NCBI GenBank assembly: GCA_008632985.1
Contig: QPGO01000243.1
Location: 1-64,000 of the forward strand
Length of the DNA: 64,000 nt
From: Psammoneis japonica
Taxonomy: Eukaryota
Reading direction: 5' to 3'
This document shows, piece after piece, positions 42,963-55,268 of the stretch (positions are counted from its first letter, which is position 1; each line of letters starts with the position of its first letter). Below the pieces are notes generated by a model. That model was given only the letters and a program-made list of their open reading frames with translations, ran no database searches and had not been told where the DNA came from. The position numbers were made by a program, and so were the translations under genes.

Positions 42963-44101
42963 TTACGTAAAAGGAAATGGCATGACAATCGACGGGTTTT
43001 CTCGCAACAAGCAAAATATGGTGTTGACGTCTCTGTTTCGGTTGTTGGCGGCGTCTGTTTTGGTACCAGAATGGGCACCAGCAAGCATAAACGGGTACAA
43101 CTTTGTGCAGCAGTCTTGCATGCAGAGCGCCTGGGGCTCTGCATCCAACAAGAGCTTGACACCTTCTTCCCACCTTTTGCCGGATTCAACCGCAAGGTGC
43201 AATGGCATCCTCCCTCGGCCATCGCGAATGCCGGCGGATTGCGGATACCTCCGGAGCAGCTCCTCCAACTTGTCTCTGGCACTGATGCCATTGGTCAACT
43301 TGGATGAGGCGACAAGGTGCAAAGGCAGGTTGCCAAACTCATCGTACTTCACTACATCTTGGGCGCAAACATTCAACACGAATTGAAAGACGGGTAGGTT
43401 GCACGGACATGCTGCAATCGCATGGAGAGGCAGAAACTTGGCGTTCTTCGGGGCAGACACAAGATCAAAGTAAAAAGATCGAACGAAGAGCATCATTTGT
43501 TTCCATGGGAAAGTAGACATGACTTTCTTGGAACCACCACTACGAAAGCCTCATTCAGGGACGTTTCGTTGCGATCATACAAAAGAGCCAACGGCGTTTG
43601 TCCTTTGCTGTCAAACTCAAAAGGGCTCTTGGGATTGGCGTCCATCATTAGATTTAATACTTCTTTGGATGCCGGTAGTCGAACTGCCCAGTGAAGCGCA
43701 AGCTCATTATCGTCGTTCTTTGTGGTTGCCGAGTCGGGGGAGGCGTACAAGATGGCTTCAATTACGGTTGCGGGAGCGCGAAACAAGCAGCAGTAATGAA
43801 GCGCCGTTTGACCATGTGTATCTACAAATTGGGACACTTCCTCAGGTTGGAATGTGATCCAAGACAGCACTGACTTCCACTCGCGTAGGAAAATGCGATT
43901 CAAGTGTTCCTGTTTCAGCGCACCGCGAATCAACTCGGGGTGATTTGTTTGAGAATCTTGTAATGTCTCCTGTGATGTTGTCACTTGTTGCTGTAGCTCC
44001 TTTTCGCTCCAGTCCACAAAGGATGGGCTTGAGAACAAAGCAGAAAGAGATATGGACTCGTCCTCTGAAGCTAGAAAATCAAGGAATGGTGGGGGCGTCA
44101 T
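42963..44101 (-). CDS. Ankyrin-repeat protein (diatom LPLH type)
   Basis: GQTALHYCC, LALHWAV, GQTPL, LPLHAIAA, GNLPLHLVAS, GRMPLHLAVESG, LYPFMLA; two ORFs joined by a frameshift near 43510. Confidence 0.8.
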
Positions 44102-44414
44102 GGTTCGTTCGTCGTTGACTATGATGTTCTTTTCTCGGTTCTCCCTCCCTGCCTCTCGTGCGTCGTGTGTCGTGTGCTCCTGCGTTGCTCGTTGCTCGTT
44201 GTGCGTGCGAGTTGAAGATCGTGTCACGTTTCAGTCGTGCCTTGCTGGCTTCGCGGGACCCACCGTAGGGTTGACCCACGTGGAACCTACAGCACAAAAG
44301 ATCGCGACTTTACGAGATGATTCGACTTCGCGTTTTGGATTTGCTTTTGCCCATTCACCCCCTCCTCACCGCACCACTTCGTCGCGATCAACATGCGAAG
44401 CATAGTACGCCACA

Positions 44415-45953
44415 ATGAGGCTGCTTTCTACTATCACTTTATTCCTGATCGCTGAATGGATTATAAGCGTTTACTCGTTCCACAATAATGGCTCGAGAAT
44501 AAGACCAAAAGGACGGATTTCTTCTTTGTCGTTTCCAACCCTCACCTCGTTTTCGCATGAGGAGAACCAACAAGACGACCCAGACCTTGTCGGTGTACAT
44601 GTGGACGGATTTCCCCTACCACCACTTCCAGCATTTGAAAACGATGACAAGCTTCTTGCTTCGTTGAATCGGGTTCCCATGACGACGCTCCATCAGCCCT
44701 TGACACCCGGAGAAATCAACCAGGATCGGCCGTTGCGTGTCGTTATTGCGGGTGGCGGTTTGGGTGGCTTGTCACTGGCATCGACTCTTGTTCAATTGGG
44801 AGTTGACGTGCACATTTACGAGCAAGCGAGACAATACAAGCCATTTGGTGGTCCGATTCAAATTCAAAGCAACGCCTTGTGGGCGTTGCAACAAATCAAC
44901 CCCGCCTTGTACAAGGCCGTGGCTCAGTGCGGTGTACAAACGGGCGATCGCTTGTCGGGTATCAAGGACGGGCTGCGATACAATGAGGGTTGGTTGGTCA
45001 AGTTTGATGCAGCGACTCCAGCAATCAAAAAAGGTTTGCCACTGACGTTGGCCATTAATCGAGTCGTGTTGCAAGAGATCTTTCTCAAGTATGGAGTGCC
45101 TGCGGAACGGGTGCACACGGCTTGTCGAGTACAGTCCTATCGCAAAAATGAAAACGAGGGAGTAGCCGTTGAATTGGAAAATGGAGAAACTGTTTATACT
45201 GATATTCTAGTCGGTGCAGATGGTATTTGGTCTCGGGTCCGGCATGACATGTTTGGTTTGCCTCTTGATGAAGTCGGTCCGTCTTTTGCAAACAAACACG
45301 CACGTTATTCTGGATACACGTGCTATACGGGCACCTGCAAGCACGTCCCTGATGATATTGATGAGGTGGCATACAAAGTTTTTCTTGGACAAGAGCAATA
45401 TCTTGGCTGCACAGACGCTGGAGGAGGCTGGCAGCATTGGTGGGCCTTTTTGCCGGAAACGCCCGGTCAGATTGATAAGGACGAGAAGGAACCCTTGGAA
45501 AAGCTTCAATTAGCATTCAAAGGCTGGAGTCCCGAGATTCACGACTTGTTCGAGGCGACCAAGCCTAATGTTGTCAAGCGACGAGACTTGTTTGATCGTC
45601 CGCCGTTGCCTACATGGCTCGACGGCAATGTAGCGCTGCTCGGCGATGCCGCTCATCCCACCATGCCCAACCTCGGACAGGGTGGTGCAATGGCCATTGA
45701 AGATGCCTATGCATTTGGAAAAGAATTTGAAGGAATAAAACATACTGATGAAATACCGATACGCCTCAAAGCCTATGAAAAGCGACGATATGTGCGTGCT
45801 TCGATTGCGCAATTTCTTTCGAGAAACGGAAGCGACCTGCTGGTGGACTGGGACAAGCTACGAAACACACCCATTATTGGTCCCATTGCCATGAAATGCG
45901 TCAATATCATGCAACCATTGACCATGAACTACCTCTACAGTGCCGACATTTGA
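44415..45953 (+). CDS. ZEP: Zeaxanthin epoxidase-like FAD monooxygenase, plastid-targeted
   Basis: Signal peptide ending SVYS-F; IAGGGLGGL, GGPIQIQSNAL, LVGADGIWS, YSGYTCY, LLGDAAHPTMPNLGQGGAMAIEDA. Confidence 0.88.
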   Translation: MRLLSTITLFLIAEWIISVYSFHNNGSRIRPKGRISSLSFPTLTSFSHEENQQDDPDLVGVHVDGFPLPPLPAFENDDKLLASLNRVPMTTLHQPLTPGEINQDRPLRVVIAGGGLGGLSLASTLVQLGVDVHIYEQARQYKPFGGPIQIQSNALWALQQINPALYKAVAQCGVQTGDRLSGIKDGLRYNEGWLVKFDAATPAIKKGLPLTLAINRVVLQEIFLKYGVPAERVHTACRVQSYRKNENEGVAVELENGETVYTDILVGADGIWSRVRHDMFGLPLDEVGPSFANKHARYSGYTCYTGTCKHVPDDIDEVAYKVFLGQEQYLGCTDAGGGWQHWWAFLPETPGQIDKDEKEPLEKLQLAFKGWSPEIHDLFEATKPNVVKRRDLFDRPPLPTWLDGNVALLGDAAHPTMPNLGQGGAMAIEDAYAFGKEFEGIKHTDEIPIRLKAYEKRRYVRASIAQFLSRNGSDLLVDWDKLRNTPIIGPIAMKCVNIMQPLTMNYLYSADI

Positions 45954-46059
45954 GTTGTCTCCATGCAACCTCACTTGTGGAGTAGCTAGCTAGCTATTTA
46001 GAGAGACTAAAGTAGGCTCTATCAATAGCACCGGTAGCTAAGCTTGAAAAGAAGTAGTT

Positions 46060-47134
46060 TTACAGTCGGCTTGTATCCGAGAAACGAGTTACCATTGTGA
46101 TTCCTAACGGACTTCCCCGGTCCATAGCTTCAATAGCTTTGGCGCCTTCTTCCAGTGTGACTTGTTTTTCTATTAGACGACTCGGGTCTAGTTTCTTGTC
46201 CACAATCAGCTGCAACAACTGCGGCAAGTCATCCGCCGCAAAGCCGTGTGATCCAACAAGTTCTAGCTCACGAGCTGCAACTAGGCCCATTGGGACGACA
46301 GGGTCTCGGCCACCAATCGGAAGTCCAACTTGGACCATTCGACCGGCTCGTCGAGTGCACCAAATAGCATTCTCACATGAAGCAGGAAATCCAGCCGCAT
46401 CTACAGTCAAATCTGCTCCATCTTGTTGTGTAAGATCCAAAACTTGTTGTCGTACGTGGTCGTCATCTTTAGCGATAATGGTATGAGAAGCTCCAAGCTC
46501 TCTTGCCTTTTCCAAGGCTGTGACAGACACATCGATTGCTATTATGTTCCTAACTCCCTGCGAAGCCGCAATCATGATGCACGAGAGACCAAGTCCACCA
46601 CAACCAAACACTGCAATTGTATCGTTCTGTTTGATTCGACCTTGTTGGACTACCGCACGATATGCGGTTGTAAATCGACAGCCAAGTGCTGCAGCTTGTA
46701 AAAATGAAACTCCTTCTGGAATCTTTCTCAAGTTTCGATCCGCTCGTGGCAGAGCACGTACTCGGCAAAGGATCCCCACTGGGTAAAGCCCGGTTGCTCT
46801 TGATTGTGGCAGACGGTCGGTCGTTGCGCCTGGCAGGACCGACAAGATCCACAGCTCAAAATAAACGGCACTGCCACAGCGTCTCCAATTTGTACAGAAC
46901 GAGTCCCCCTTCCAACTTGCACGACAATTCCACTGACTTCGTGTCCAGGACAAAACGGCAATCCGTGCTGCCTCACATCGTTGTCATGTCCCTTCCAACC
47001 GTGCCAATCCGAGCGGCAAACTCCCGTCGCCATGACTTGCACCACCACACCTCCTGAGGTGCGACGGGCATGGGCACATTTTCAATTCGAATGGGACCGC
47101 CAAAGGTTCGATAGCAAGCCGCCTTCATCATCAT
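46060..47134 (-). CDS. Zinc-dependent alcohol dehydrogenase (MDR family)
   Basis: GVCRSDWHGW, PGHE, CGSCRSC-x7-C, ALGCRFTTAYRA, GCGGLG; frameshifts near 47055 and 46745. Confidence 0.88.
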
Positions 47135-47440
47135 GGTGTCTTCCTAATAAAAGTGCCGCTTATGCCGTCGTTTCTGATTTTTATTTTTGACATCGTAAAA
47201 AAGAGCTCGAACTAATGTATTGCGCGCACAGTGTCCGTCCGTCGTGTCGTGCGTCGAGTTGTGAGCGTGACGTCCGTACGCCATACGTTGACGATACCTA
47301 CGACTAAATGAGACCGACCATCAGCCATCACATTCAGACATCGGCATGCAAGCAATCGGCAATCAACAGCCGTTCTTGCTGTAATAAGAGAGCAGCTAAG
47401 AGAGGCCCTTATAAAAAGCTATTGGCTAATTGAGTTCGTC

Positions 47441-49889
47441 ATGGTCTTTTACACGTTCTCGTTGTTTGTTTTTTCAATTTGTGTGGTGGTTGTTCAGGCG
47501 AGATCCATGCCGCCGCAAGTACGACCTGCTTTCATCGGGCAACACCGCTGCGTGCCAAATCACCGAAATCCACAGACATTTGTTGGGAAAACACGTTTGA
47601 GAGTCCAATCGGAAAAAGCAGAGAACATTGCTGAAATGACAAACGTAGTTTCTCCTGTCGGATATTTCGATGAAGAAATATGGCAAGAGTATGAAGCAGC
47701 GTTGCAAGGGGTTGTTCAAAGCACGAGAGTGATTCGCAACGAAAAGGAACACGACATTGATTCCGTGATTTCCTGTCTGTCGACAAATAAAGCAATTCTA
47801 CCAATCAGTGTTTCACCTGCAGAGTTCAATAGTGGAAGTAGTAGCTTCAAAGATCACGTGGCGACCCAGCGACAAGATTTTGTCGCTCAAACCAATCTGA
47901 CAAAGAAGCAGTACGACTTTGCTGTCAAGACTCTCACATACTTGGGAGACTACTCTGCGAAACGCCAACTATTCAACGCAATTTACGTAGCATGGCATAA
48001 ACTGTTGGAGAGTGGAATGATTCCGAGAGAAAATTGCATAAGTACATATCTCTACGTGGCTGGCTTGGACGAAACCGCGAATTTGACGGGCCAGATTGCG
48101 GCCTTTCACGATCTCTTGTACCAGCCGAACGAAAAGACGGTAACTTTAAGAATCAAGTCTATGGTTGCCAAGCAAGATGCGCATGGTGCAATGCAAATAC
48201 TCAATACTCTCCCGGTGAGCCGTATTTGGATGTGTAAAAGTAGCCCAATTATTTCTTGCGTAACTCACCCTTTGTCATTCTCTTCTCGAAACAAAGGACG
48301 ACGGTCTAAGACGGCTCCGAACATTTATACCGATATTAGAACTATACTGTTCCTTTGGCGATATGACTTCTGCATTATCTTTGTACCGCGAAATGCAAGC
48401 AGAACCGGGTGTTGTTTTTGAACCTGATACATATGCACTCCTAATTGGCAGCTTGGCTGAGAACGGTTACTTTCGAAGGGACTCTCAACCAATAAAAGGG
48501 ATTGACAACTTGGGTTTTTCAGCTTCTCACGGCCCAGCGCTTTTGATCAGTTGTGTCAAGAAATGGCGGATGATGTGCTGGACTTGAACGAACGCTCTGT
48601 AGAAATGCTGTACAATGGTTTTCTCACAGGCTTTGGTGACATGGACGAAACGAAGGATCTCCCTCCGTTTGAGGAACTCAAGGTCTGCAACGATCTGGCT
48701 CAAGACGGGGAGCTTGTTGTGGGAAGAGTTAGTGTCGATGAAAAGAATGCGATTTGTCCACGGACAAACGTAAAGTTGAGACTCTTGAGACTTGAAGAGA
48801 GACAGAGACAACAGGTACATGATACTTTGGTTGTAATGGCGGGAAAGGAGTACGAGGAATATGCTGTCAAGCTTCAGAATCGACAAAAGAACAAGAACGG
48901 AAAGGCGCAAACAGAAGAAGACAAGGGCAGCAAGTTTGCTGTAGAGAAAATAAGCCAATTCTCTCAATGGCTAGAGTAAGTCATTTCAAGCGTTGATTTG
49001 TTTGCTTTTGCTGTTACTCTTCGTCTCAATAACGTTGGATTTGTTGGACTTGTAGCGAAAGGGAGGGAAATCCATTTACCGCAATTGTTGGTACGGCGAA
49101 AAAATGAGAATCTTTGCCTTCGTCTCCTCTTGTTGATTCTCATCCGTCTTGTTGTTGATTCTCCCTCCTCGTTGTCAGATGGTCCAAACGTCGCGTATTT
49201 CGGTCGCGGAATATTCGATTATCGCTTAATTGAAATGGTTGTCGAGTATCTTGAAAACATGGGCGAGCGACCCCTAGTCATTGTCGGCGAAAAATACATG
49301 GAGAATACCTTTCATACAAGTAAGAGGAGAACACAGACATTAACCGAAGAGGCGATAGGTATACGCGACAGGTATGTAGGTTCTTTGTTGCTTCTGTTCA
49401 AGCGCTCTTGTTACGTGTCTGACTGGAAGTTGCTTTCGATTGGACTTGTTAATGTCCAGGCTCATTGATGAAGGAAAGATGTATGCTGTGGCAAAGAAGT
49501 GCCTCGATGATTACTACTGGATGCTGGCAAGCGTTTCGGATCAAACAAAGTCACGTAACGGTACTAGCATTCGAGTATCGACAAGAGATGACAGTGGACG
49601 ATTCCCCGGCTTGAGACCAATGCTTATTACCAATGACAAAATGCGTGACCACAGATTGCAGCTGCTTGAACAGAGACTCTTTCGACGTTGGACAAGCTGC
49701 CATATCGTAAACTACAACCTCACCTTCTTCGAAAACGATGAGGAAGGGCCGTTTAAAGACGTCGATCTGTACGCCGCAGACTTTTTCAGTCGCGAGATGC
49801 AAGGAAATCCCGCGGGCGACGCAACCGTTTGGCACTTTCCGGTTAGCCATTGGGACGAGCATGACAGATTATGCATTCGAATACCATAA
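47441..49889 (+). CDS. PRORP: Protein-only RNase P (PPR + NYN), signal-peptide bearing, probably plastid
   Basis: PPR-like LRTFIPILELYC...ALSLYREM; CPRT; NYN motifs DGPNVAY, LDDYYW, TNDKMRDH, WHFP; introns flank a 35-nt exon at 49056-49090. Confidence 0.88.
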
Positions 49890-49967
49890 CCGGCTAACTT
49901 AAAAACTGCTTAAACTACTCTTAACGGTGTCAAACTCATCCTGTCCAACTGCTCTCGCACGTTTTAT

Positions 49968-52900
49968 CTATTTCGGTTTTGGTATTCTCACGCAGAAACG
50001 CTCATTCAACTCCCAGTCACTAACGGGAAAGTGCCATGCAGTGCCTCCTTCGGGATCCGCGCCATTGGACAAAGACGGATTTCCTTGGATTTCTCTGCTG
50101 AAAAAGTCCGCTGGACTGAACGCAATCTCATCGTCCACGCATTCATCGTCCACAAAGGCTGTGAAGTTGTAGTTCACAATGTGACAACTGTGCCACCGAC
50201 GGAACAAGCGGGGCTCAAGCAGGGACAGCCTATGATCTCTCATCTGATCGTTCGAGACTAACATTGGTCGGGTTCCAGCCCACCTGCCCTCTTCATTACC
50301 GGATTCAACGCTCAAGTCCGCACCATTTCTTGAATTGGTCTGATCAGACACGCTTGCTAGCATCCAGTAGAAGTCGTCGAGACACTTTCTGGGAACAACA
50401 TACAGCTTTCCACTGTTGATAAGCCTAGCAAGGACAACGAACGTACAACCATGAGATACGATACAACATGCGTAGGCAGGTTTCCGTTATCCGCTTGGCT
50501 ACTTACTCCTCCCGGATAAATTTCTCCTTGTCGTCAAGCACCTGCTTGGTGTAGCCGCTTCCTCGCGCCACGTGGAAATAGTTCTGGTCATATTTGTATG
50601 GAAGTATTACAAGTGGATCTTCACCCTTCTTTTCTAAAGCATCTACCATGAACTGAATCTGATGAAAGTTAAACTTGCCTTGGTCAAAGTTCTGCATATA
50701 AAATCCCACGTTGGCTCCGTCTATTTCGAAGAAAAAAAGGTGAAATAGACAAAGGTAAGAATGGCTCATTCTTAAAATTTGTGAGAATGATGAATCCTAA
50801 AGCACTTACCGATAATTGCAGTGAAGGGAACGCCGTCTCGGTTACTAAACATAATAGAAAGAGTGCGAGATCAAATCAGAACCGCGGTAAACTTCAACAT
50901 GAGAATCAATGAACGAATGAGCATGCGACTTACTCCAACCACGAATCGAACTTTTGCAGTTCTTTCGCTGCGTGGTCATCATCTTTCTCCTCGGTCTTCT
51001 TCCACTTTTGAGTGAATTCCCCATACGCATCCTTGGAGAGTTCCAATAGACTATCATGTAGCTGCTTTTTCTCGTGCTCGGCTAGATTGATCAGCCGAAG
51101 TTTCACGCCAGAACGCGGACAAACGCCAGTGTCAGCATCAACAGTGACACGGCTCGCTACAAGTTCACCAGGTTTCGCAGCCTCGTTTGAAAACTGCAAC
51201 GGGACTAGAGGATGCAATTCTACCAGATTTGCCCCAACATCATGATCCTTGAAAGCTTTCCAAAACGCAGTATACAATCTTCTAGCTGACGCGGACGAGA
51301 TTTCAAGAACATCTTGAGCCATTTCGGCAGCAAGCTGATCAAAGAGCAGAGGTCCGGAGGCGGGATTGTATCCTAAGCTATCGGCTCCTTCGATTGGCTC
51401 TGAATCAGGACTAGAGACATATTCCAGAGAAAATTTTAGGACGTTTCAGTAAAAGACAAAGAGAAGAGCCAGAGCTACGTACCTCAAGAATCCCTGTTCC
51501 ACGACACCTGAGATCAGCTGCACATATGTTTCAGCTTCAAGAAAGACGGTCGACGTACTTCTCATGCAATGAAATACGTTTAACGCTGATGCAATGTCTC
51601 CTTGTTCGAGATAAAGTCTCAGTACAGGGAGATATGTCCGATGTCGGAGAACACCATGTTCCGCCTGGAGCGAGTTGTCCGGGGATGTAATTAGAGAAAA
51701 TCTTGCTGACATGATTCCGAAATCAAAACGAGCAAATGAGAAACGTACCGAGAAATCATTCAATAATTGTTCCGCCTCATGTGGCTCTCCTTTTGCAACG
51801 AGCGCGCGAACCCGAATACTCAGGCTTTGCTCTGTGGTTCATGGAGAATATCGTGAAAGGTTGCAACCTCTTCTGGAAGGTTTGTACCGGTCTCCGCCAT
51901 TTCATCCTCCATGATTTCATCTTTTGTTTCCGAATCGCCGAGAATGTCAAGAATGGAACTTTCCGAGGGACTGCCCAACGCTCCAAGCAACCCGCCACTG
52001 CCTCTCAGTCCTCCATATGTCGTACAGGCATAAAGGTACGCGTTTAACGAGGGTCCGTCCAGTATCATGCCACTCTCCTTGATCTTTTCCCAACTGACAT
52101 CCAAGGGCTTGGATTGAGCAAGTTTCGAACAGCGAAATCCCACTTTCACTAAAGCAAACGAGGCTGCATCATACTGATCTCCGTTCCAATCCATGTGCTC
52201 CATAAAGGCTTCTCGTTGCTTGTGCAGTTCTTTTCGAAAGATCTCACGCTTGTCGGATAGTGCATCACCATCCTTGAGAGACTTCGTCGTCAGGGTGGGC
52301 AAGTTGTACTCGATTGCCTTTTCCTCCTTTTTCAGCCATGTAATGACAGGCTCTAGCAAATCTTGACTGAGTCCCTTTTTGGTGTGCCTCCTTCCAAATT
52401 TGTCTTCCTCCACAATCTCGTTCATCATGGACAGGTAGTCCTTGTAAGCTTCCAGCTCAAATGCATCGAGGCTGCGTGGAGGAGGCGGTTCCGGTGCAGG
52501 AAAGGCATCAAAGATGGATCTTGTTTTTGTGTCGAAGAACCAGACAAGGATCCGCCATCATCACTGGAGCGGAGAGTGGAATCGACAGATGATGAAACAA
52601 GGGGTTTTGTCTCCTTTTTCGTTTTCTCGCCTCCATCGACACCATTATTATTATTGGACTGAGACAGTGAATCAAATCTTGATTGGTTGATGATTGTTCT
52701 CAGTTTTTGTCTTTGTCTCTCCACTGGTTGTCCCGAAATGGCTTCCAGCTCCAAAATGGGATCACTGCTTGTCGGTTTCTCTTTCTCAGTATTTGCGGCC
52801 ATTGAAGAGTCTTCCCATGACTCTAAAAGATATTTTAAATCATTGGTAATTGTTGTGTGTGACGGTGTGGTTGTTGTAGTTCTTGTGCTTGCCAGTTGTG

Positions 52901-53267
52901 TAGTAGTCCACGGTTTGTTTTTCCTTTTTCTTCGGCTGGCCATTTTCGCGTCGACCTGTTCAAAAAAGGGAACAAACGGTCGCTTTATTTTTTGTTTTGC
53001 TTCTTCTTTTCCCCACATTTCTTGTACACTTGTCTTTTCTTCTCCATCATCCACACCGTCGTCGTCGTCTTGATGATTCATCCATTTGACTCGCGTTTTT
53101 TGCCGTCGTCGGAGCTCACGAAGGCGAGCTGCATTTTCTGCCTCTCGTTGTTTGTCGTCTGTGGACGAAAATGAAACTGCTTGTAAACAATTCCATACCT
53201 TGTACGACGATCGGAAACGGTATCTTCTAGAAGCATACGTTTTCAACAGAGTACTACTTTGCCTCAT
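49968..53267 (-). CDS. PRORP: Protein-only RNase P paralogue, Arg/Ser-rich presequence, probably mitochondrial
   Basis: RHRTYLPVLRLYLE, CPRSG, DGANVGFY, LDDFYW, SNDQMRDH, WHFP; 35-nt exon at 50810-50844; several introns and apparent frameshifts. Confidence 0.86.
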
Positions 53268-53495
53268 CTTTGTCGTCTCGTGTCAAACGACGGTCGTCAT
53301 GTCATGGTGTGGGCGTTGATGGAGCGGTCGGAGGGAGAAAATCGCGCGCGGCACGATCGCGCAAACAAGTTTTAGTCAGATGGGTCAAAGATCCGGTCGG
53401 CGGCAAGTTTCTAGTCGGTTGAGTCAAATGACGAGGCGCGCCAAAAAACACAAACGAGAAACAAGCGCGAGCGATGGAGGGACGAAAACAAGAAC

Positions 53496-53528
53496 GATCG
53501 TCGATCGATCCGATCGATCCGATCGATC
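53496..53528. repeat. GATC/CGAT microrepeat in the PRORP-RAD52 divergent intergenic region
   Basis: GATCGTCGATCGATCCGATCGATCCGATCGATC. Confidence 0.7.
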
Positions 53529-53596
53529 AAGAAAAAAGAAAAGAGAAACGACACAACATATTCGATCGCATCGCGAACCATTCAGGACTTGCCACA

Positions 53597-54956
53597 ATGT
53601 CTTGTCATCACGGTGATAAGGATAATCATGGACAAGAGGAAGATACCAAGGTCGGCGGCATTCCCATGCGCAATCACGACGGGTCGGTGATGTTCAACAA
53701 CAACAACGGACGACCCGTATACCGCAGTCAATACCTTTCGACGCACCCCTTAAAAAGCGATTGCAAGGAACGCATCGCACCAGGCAATGTGAAACTCACC
53801 TATGTCACTGGAGAGGGTGTGATTCGAACCATGAATGAGGTGTTTGGACACGAAGGGTGGAGTACAGAAATTACAATGGAGCGTGTTGTGGTGAGTTTGT
53901 AGGAAAGGGCCGAAAAACGAGAACTCGACATGTTGATGTTGTACATCAGAGTATAAGCGTGTTCTGACTTTTTGTTTTGATGCCGCCATAAAGCAATGTG
54001 AACGCGACGATAAGGGACGTTGGGTGGTGGGATATCTCGCAACAGTACGTGTCACCCTGCTGAACGGCACGTCTCACGAGGATTGCGGGTGTGGAGAGGA
54101 AACAAACGAAAGCAAGATCAAGGCACACGACAAGGCATTCAAATCGGCAGTCACGGATGCCATGAAGCGTGCAGCTCGTCACTTTGGAGAACGGCTTGGA
54201 AACGGTATGTTCAATAATGAACAAGACACGTGTAAGATGATTTCATAGAGAACCGAAACCTCACTTCTTTTCATTTTACTTCTTCATGTGTTAAAGCTCT
54301 GTACGTGAAGGGTAGCGGCATTCGTTCAGCTCCAGTCAGCAACGCGCAAGCACTATCAGAGTTAGAACAGAAAGAGTCACGATACTTTTTCGGAGATCAG
54401 ACAAATCTCGCAAGACGCGTCCCAAGAAGAGGAGACGAATGCAGGCTCGCCATTATCCAGCACGAACCAAAACAGAGCACCCAGTCATGACCAACAAGAA
54501 AACATTCCACCTCGAGTGCCACTGGGCCACAATCGTAATTCGAGCGTCTCGCCGAGTACTGGTCAGCCAAGTACCCACGCCAACAGTCCGCAACAAGAAG
54601 GCATCCCACCTCGTGTTTCCTTGGGACCTTCCGATGCGCCACGTGATTCGAGAATTCCATCAAGTGCTGGTCAAATGGCACCACCATATGCGGACACGAG
54701 GACCGATCCGACTGGCGTTTCTGCCAACATTGTAACTCCATCGGCACGTAGCAACCCAAACCAATTCATTTTTGCTTCCCAAGCGTATGGCTTGCCTGGA
54801 GCCCAACAGCAGCAGCAGCAGCACAGCTCTTCTCCTTCTCGTCGGGCACTTGGTGGTGGAACAAGTAGGGGGGCGTTGACAAGGAATAGTCCGACGCACT
54901 ACGGCGGCACTAGCCCATCAAAGCGACCCCGAACCCAAGTCAACCCATACAAGTAA
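53597..54956 (+). CDS. RAD52: DNA repair/annealing protein RAD52
   Basis: KLTYVTGEGVIRTMNEVFGHEGWSTEI, VRVTLLNGTSHEDCGCG, KAFKSAVTDAMKRAARHFGERLGN; two introns; disordered C-terminus. Confidence 0.9.
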
Positions 54957-55268
54957 CTCGAACAATTCTTAAAAGAACCAGAATCCACAAGTTTTAGACA
55001 CTGTAATATCTTCTGAAGCTAGCTTGCTTTCAATACCAAGTCTCTATACTATTATTTTTAGTTTGTAGGCGCTAACCGCATTCTCTACACAACACACCCT
55101 CTCTCAATTGAAGCCTCTGCTCTTCAAATAGGACGTATATAAAAGACACTCTCTAGTAGATTTATATATCAAAAGCGGCCTCGCTTCGAATACCCAGTCT
55201 ATCTCTTATTCTTTACTGCGCTCTAAAGGTATTCTCCAACCACACAGACGACCATTGACAGAAATGCC

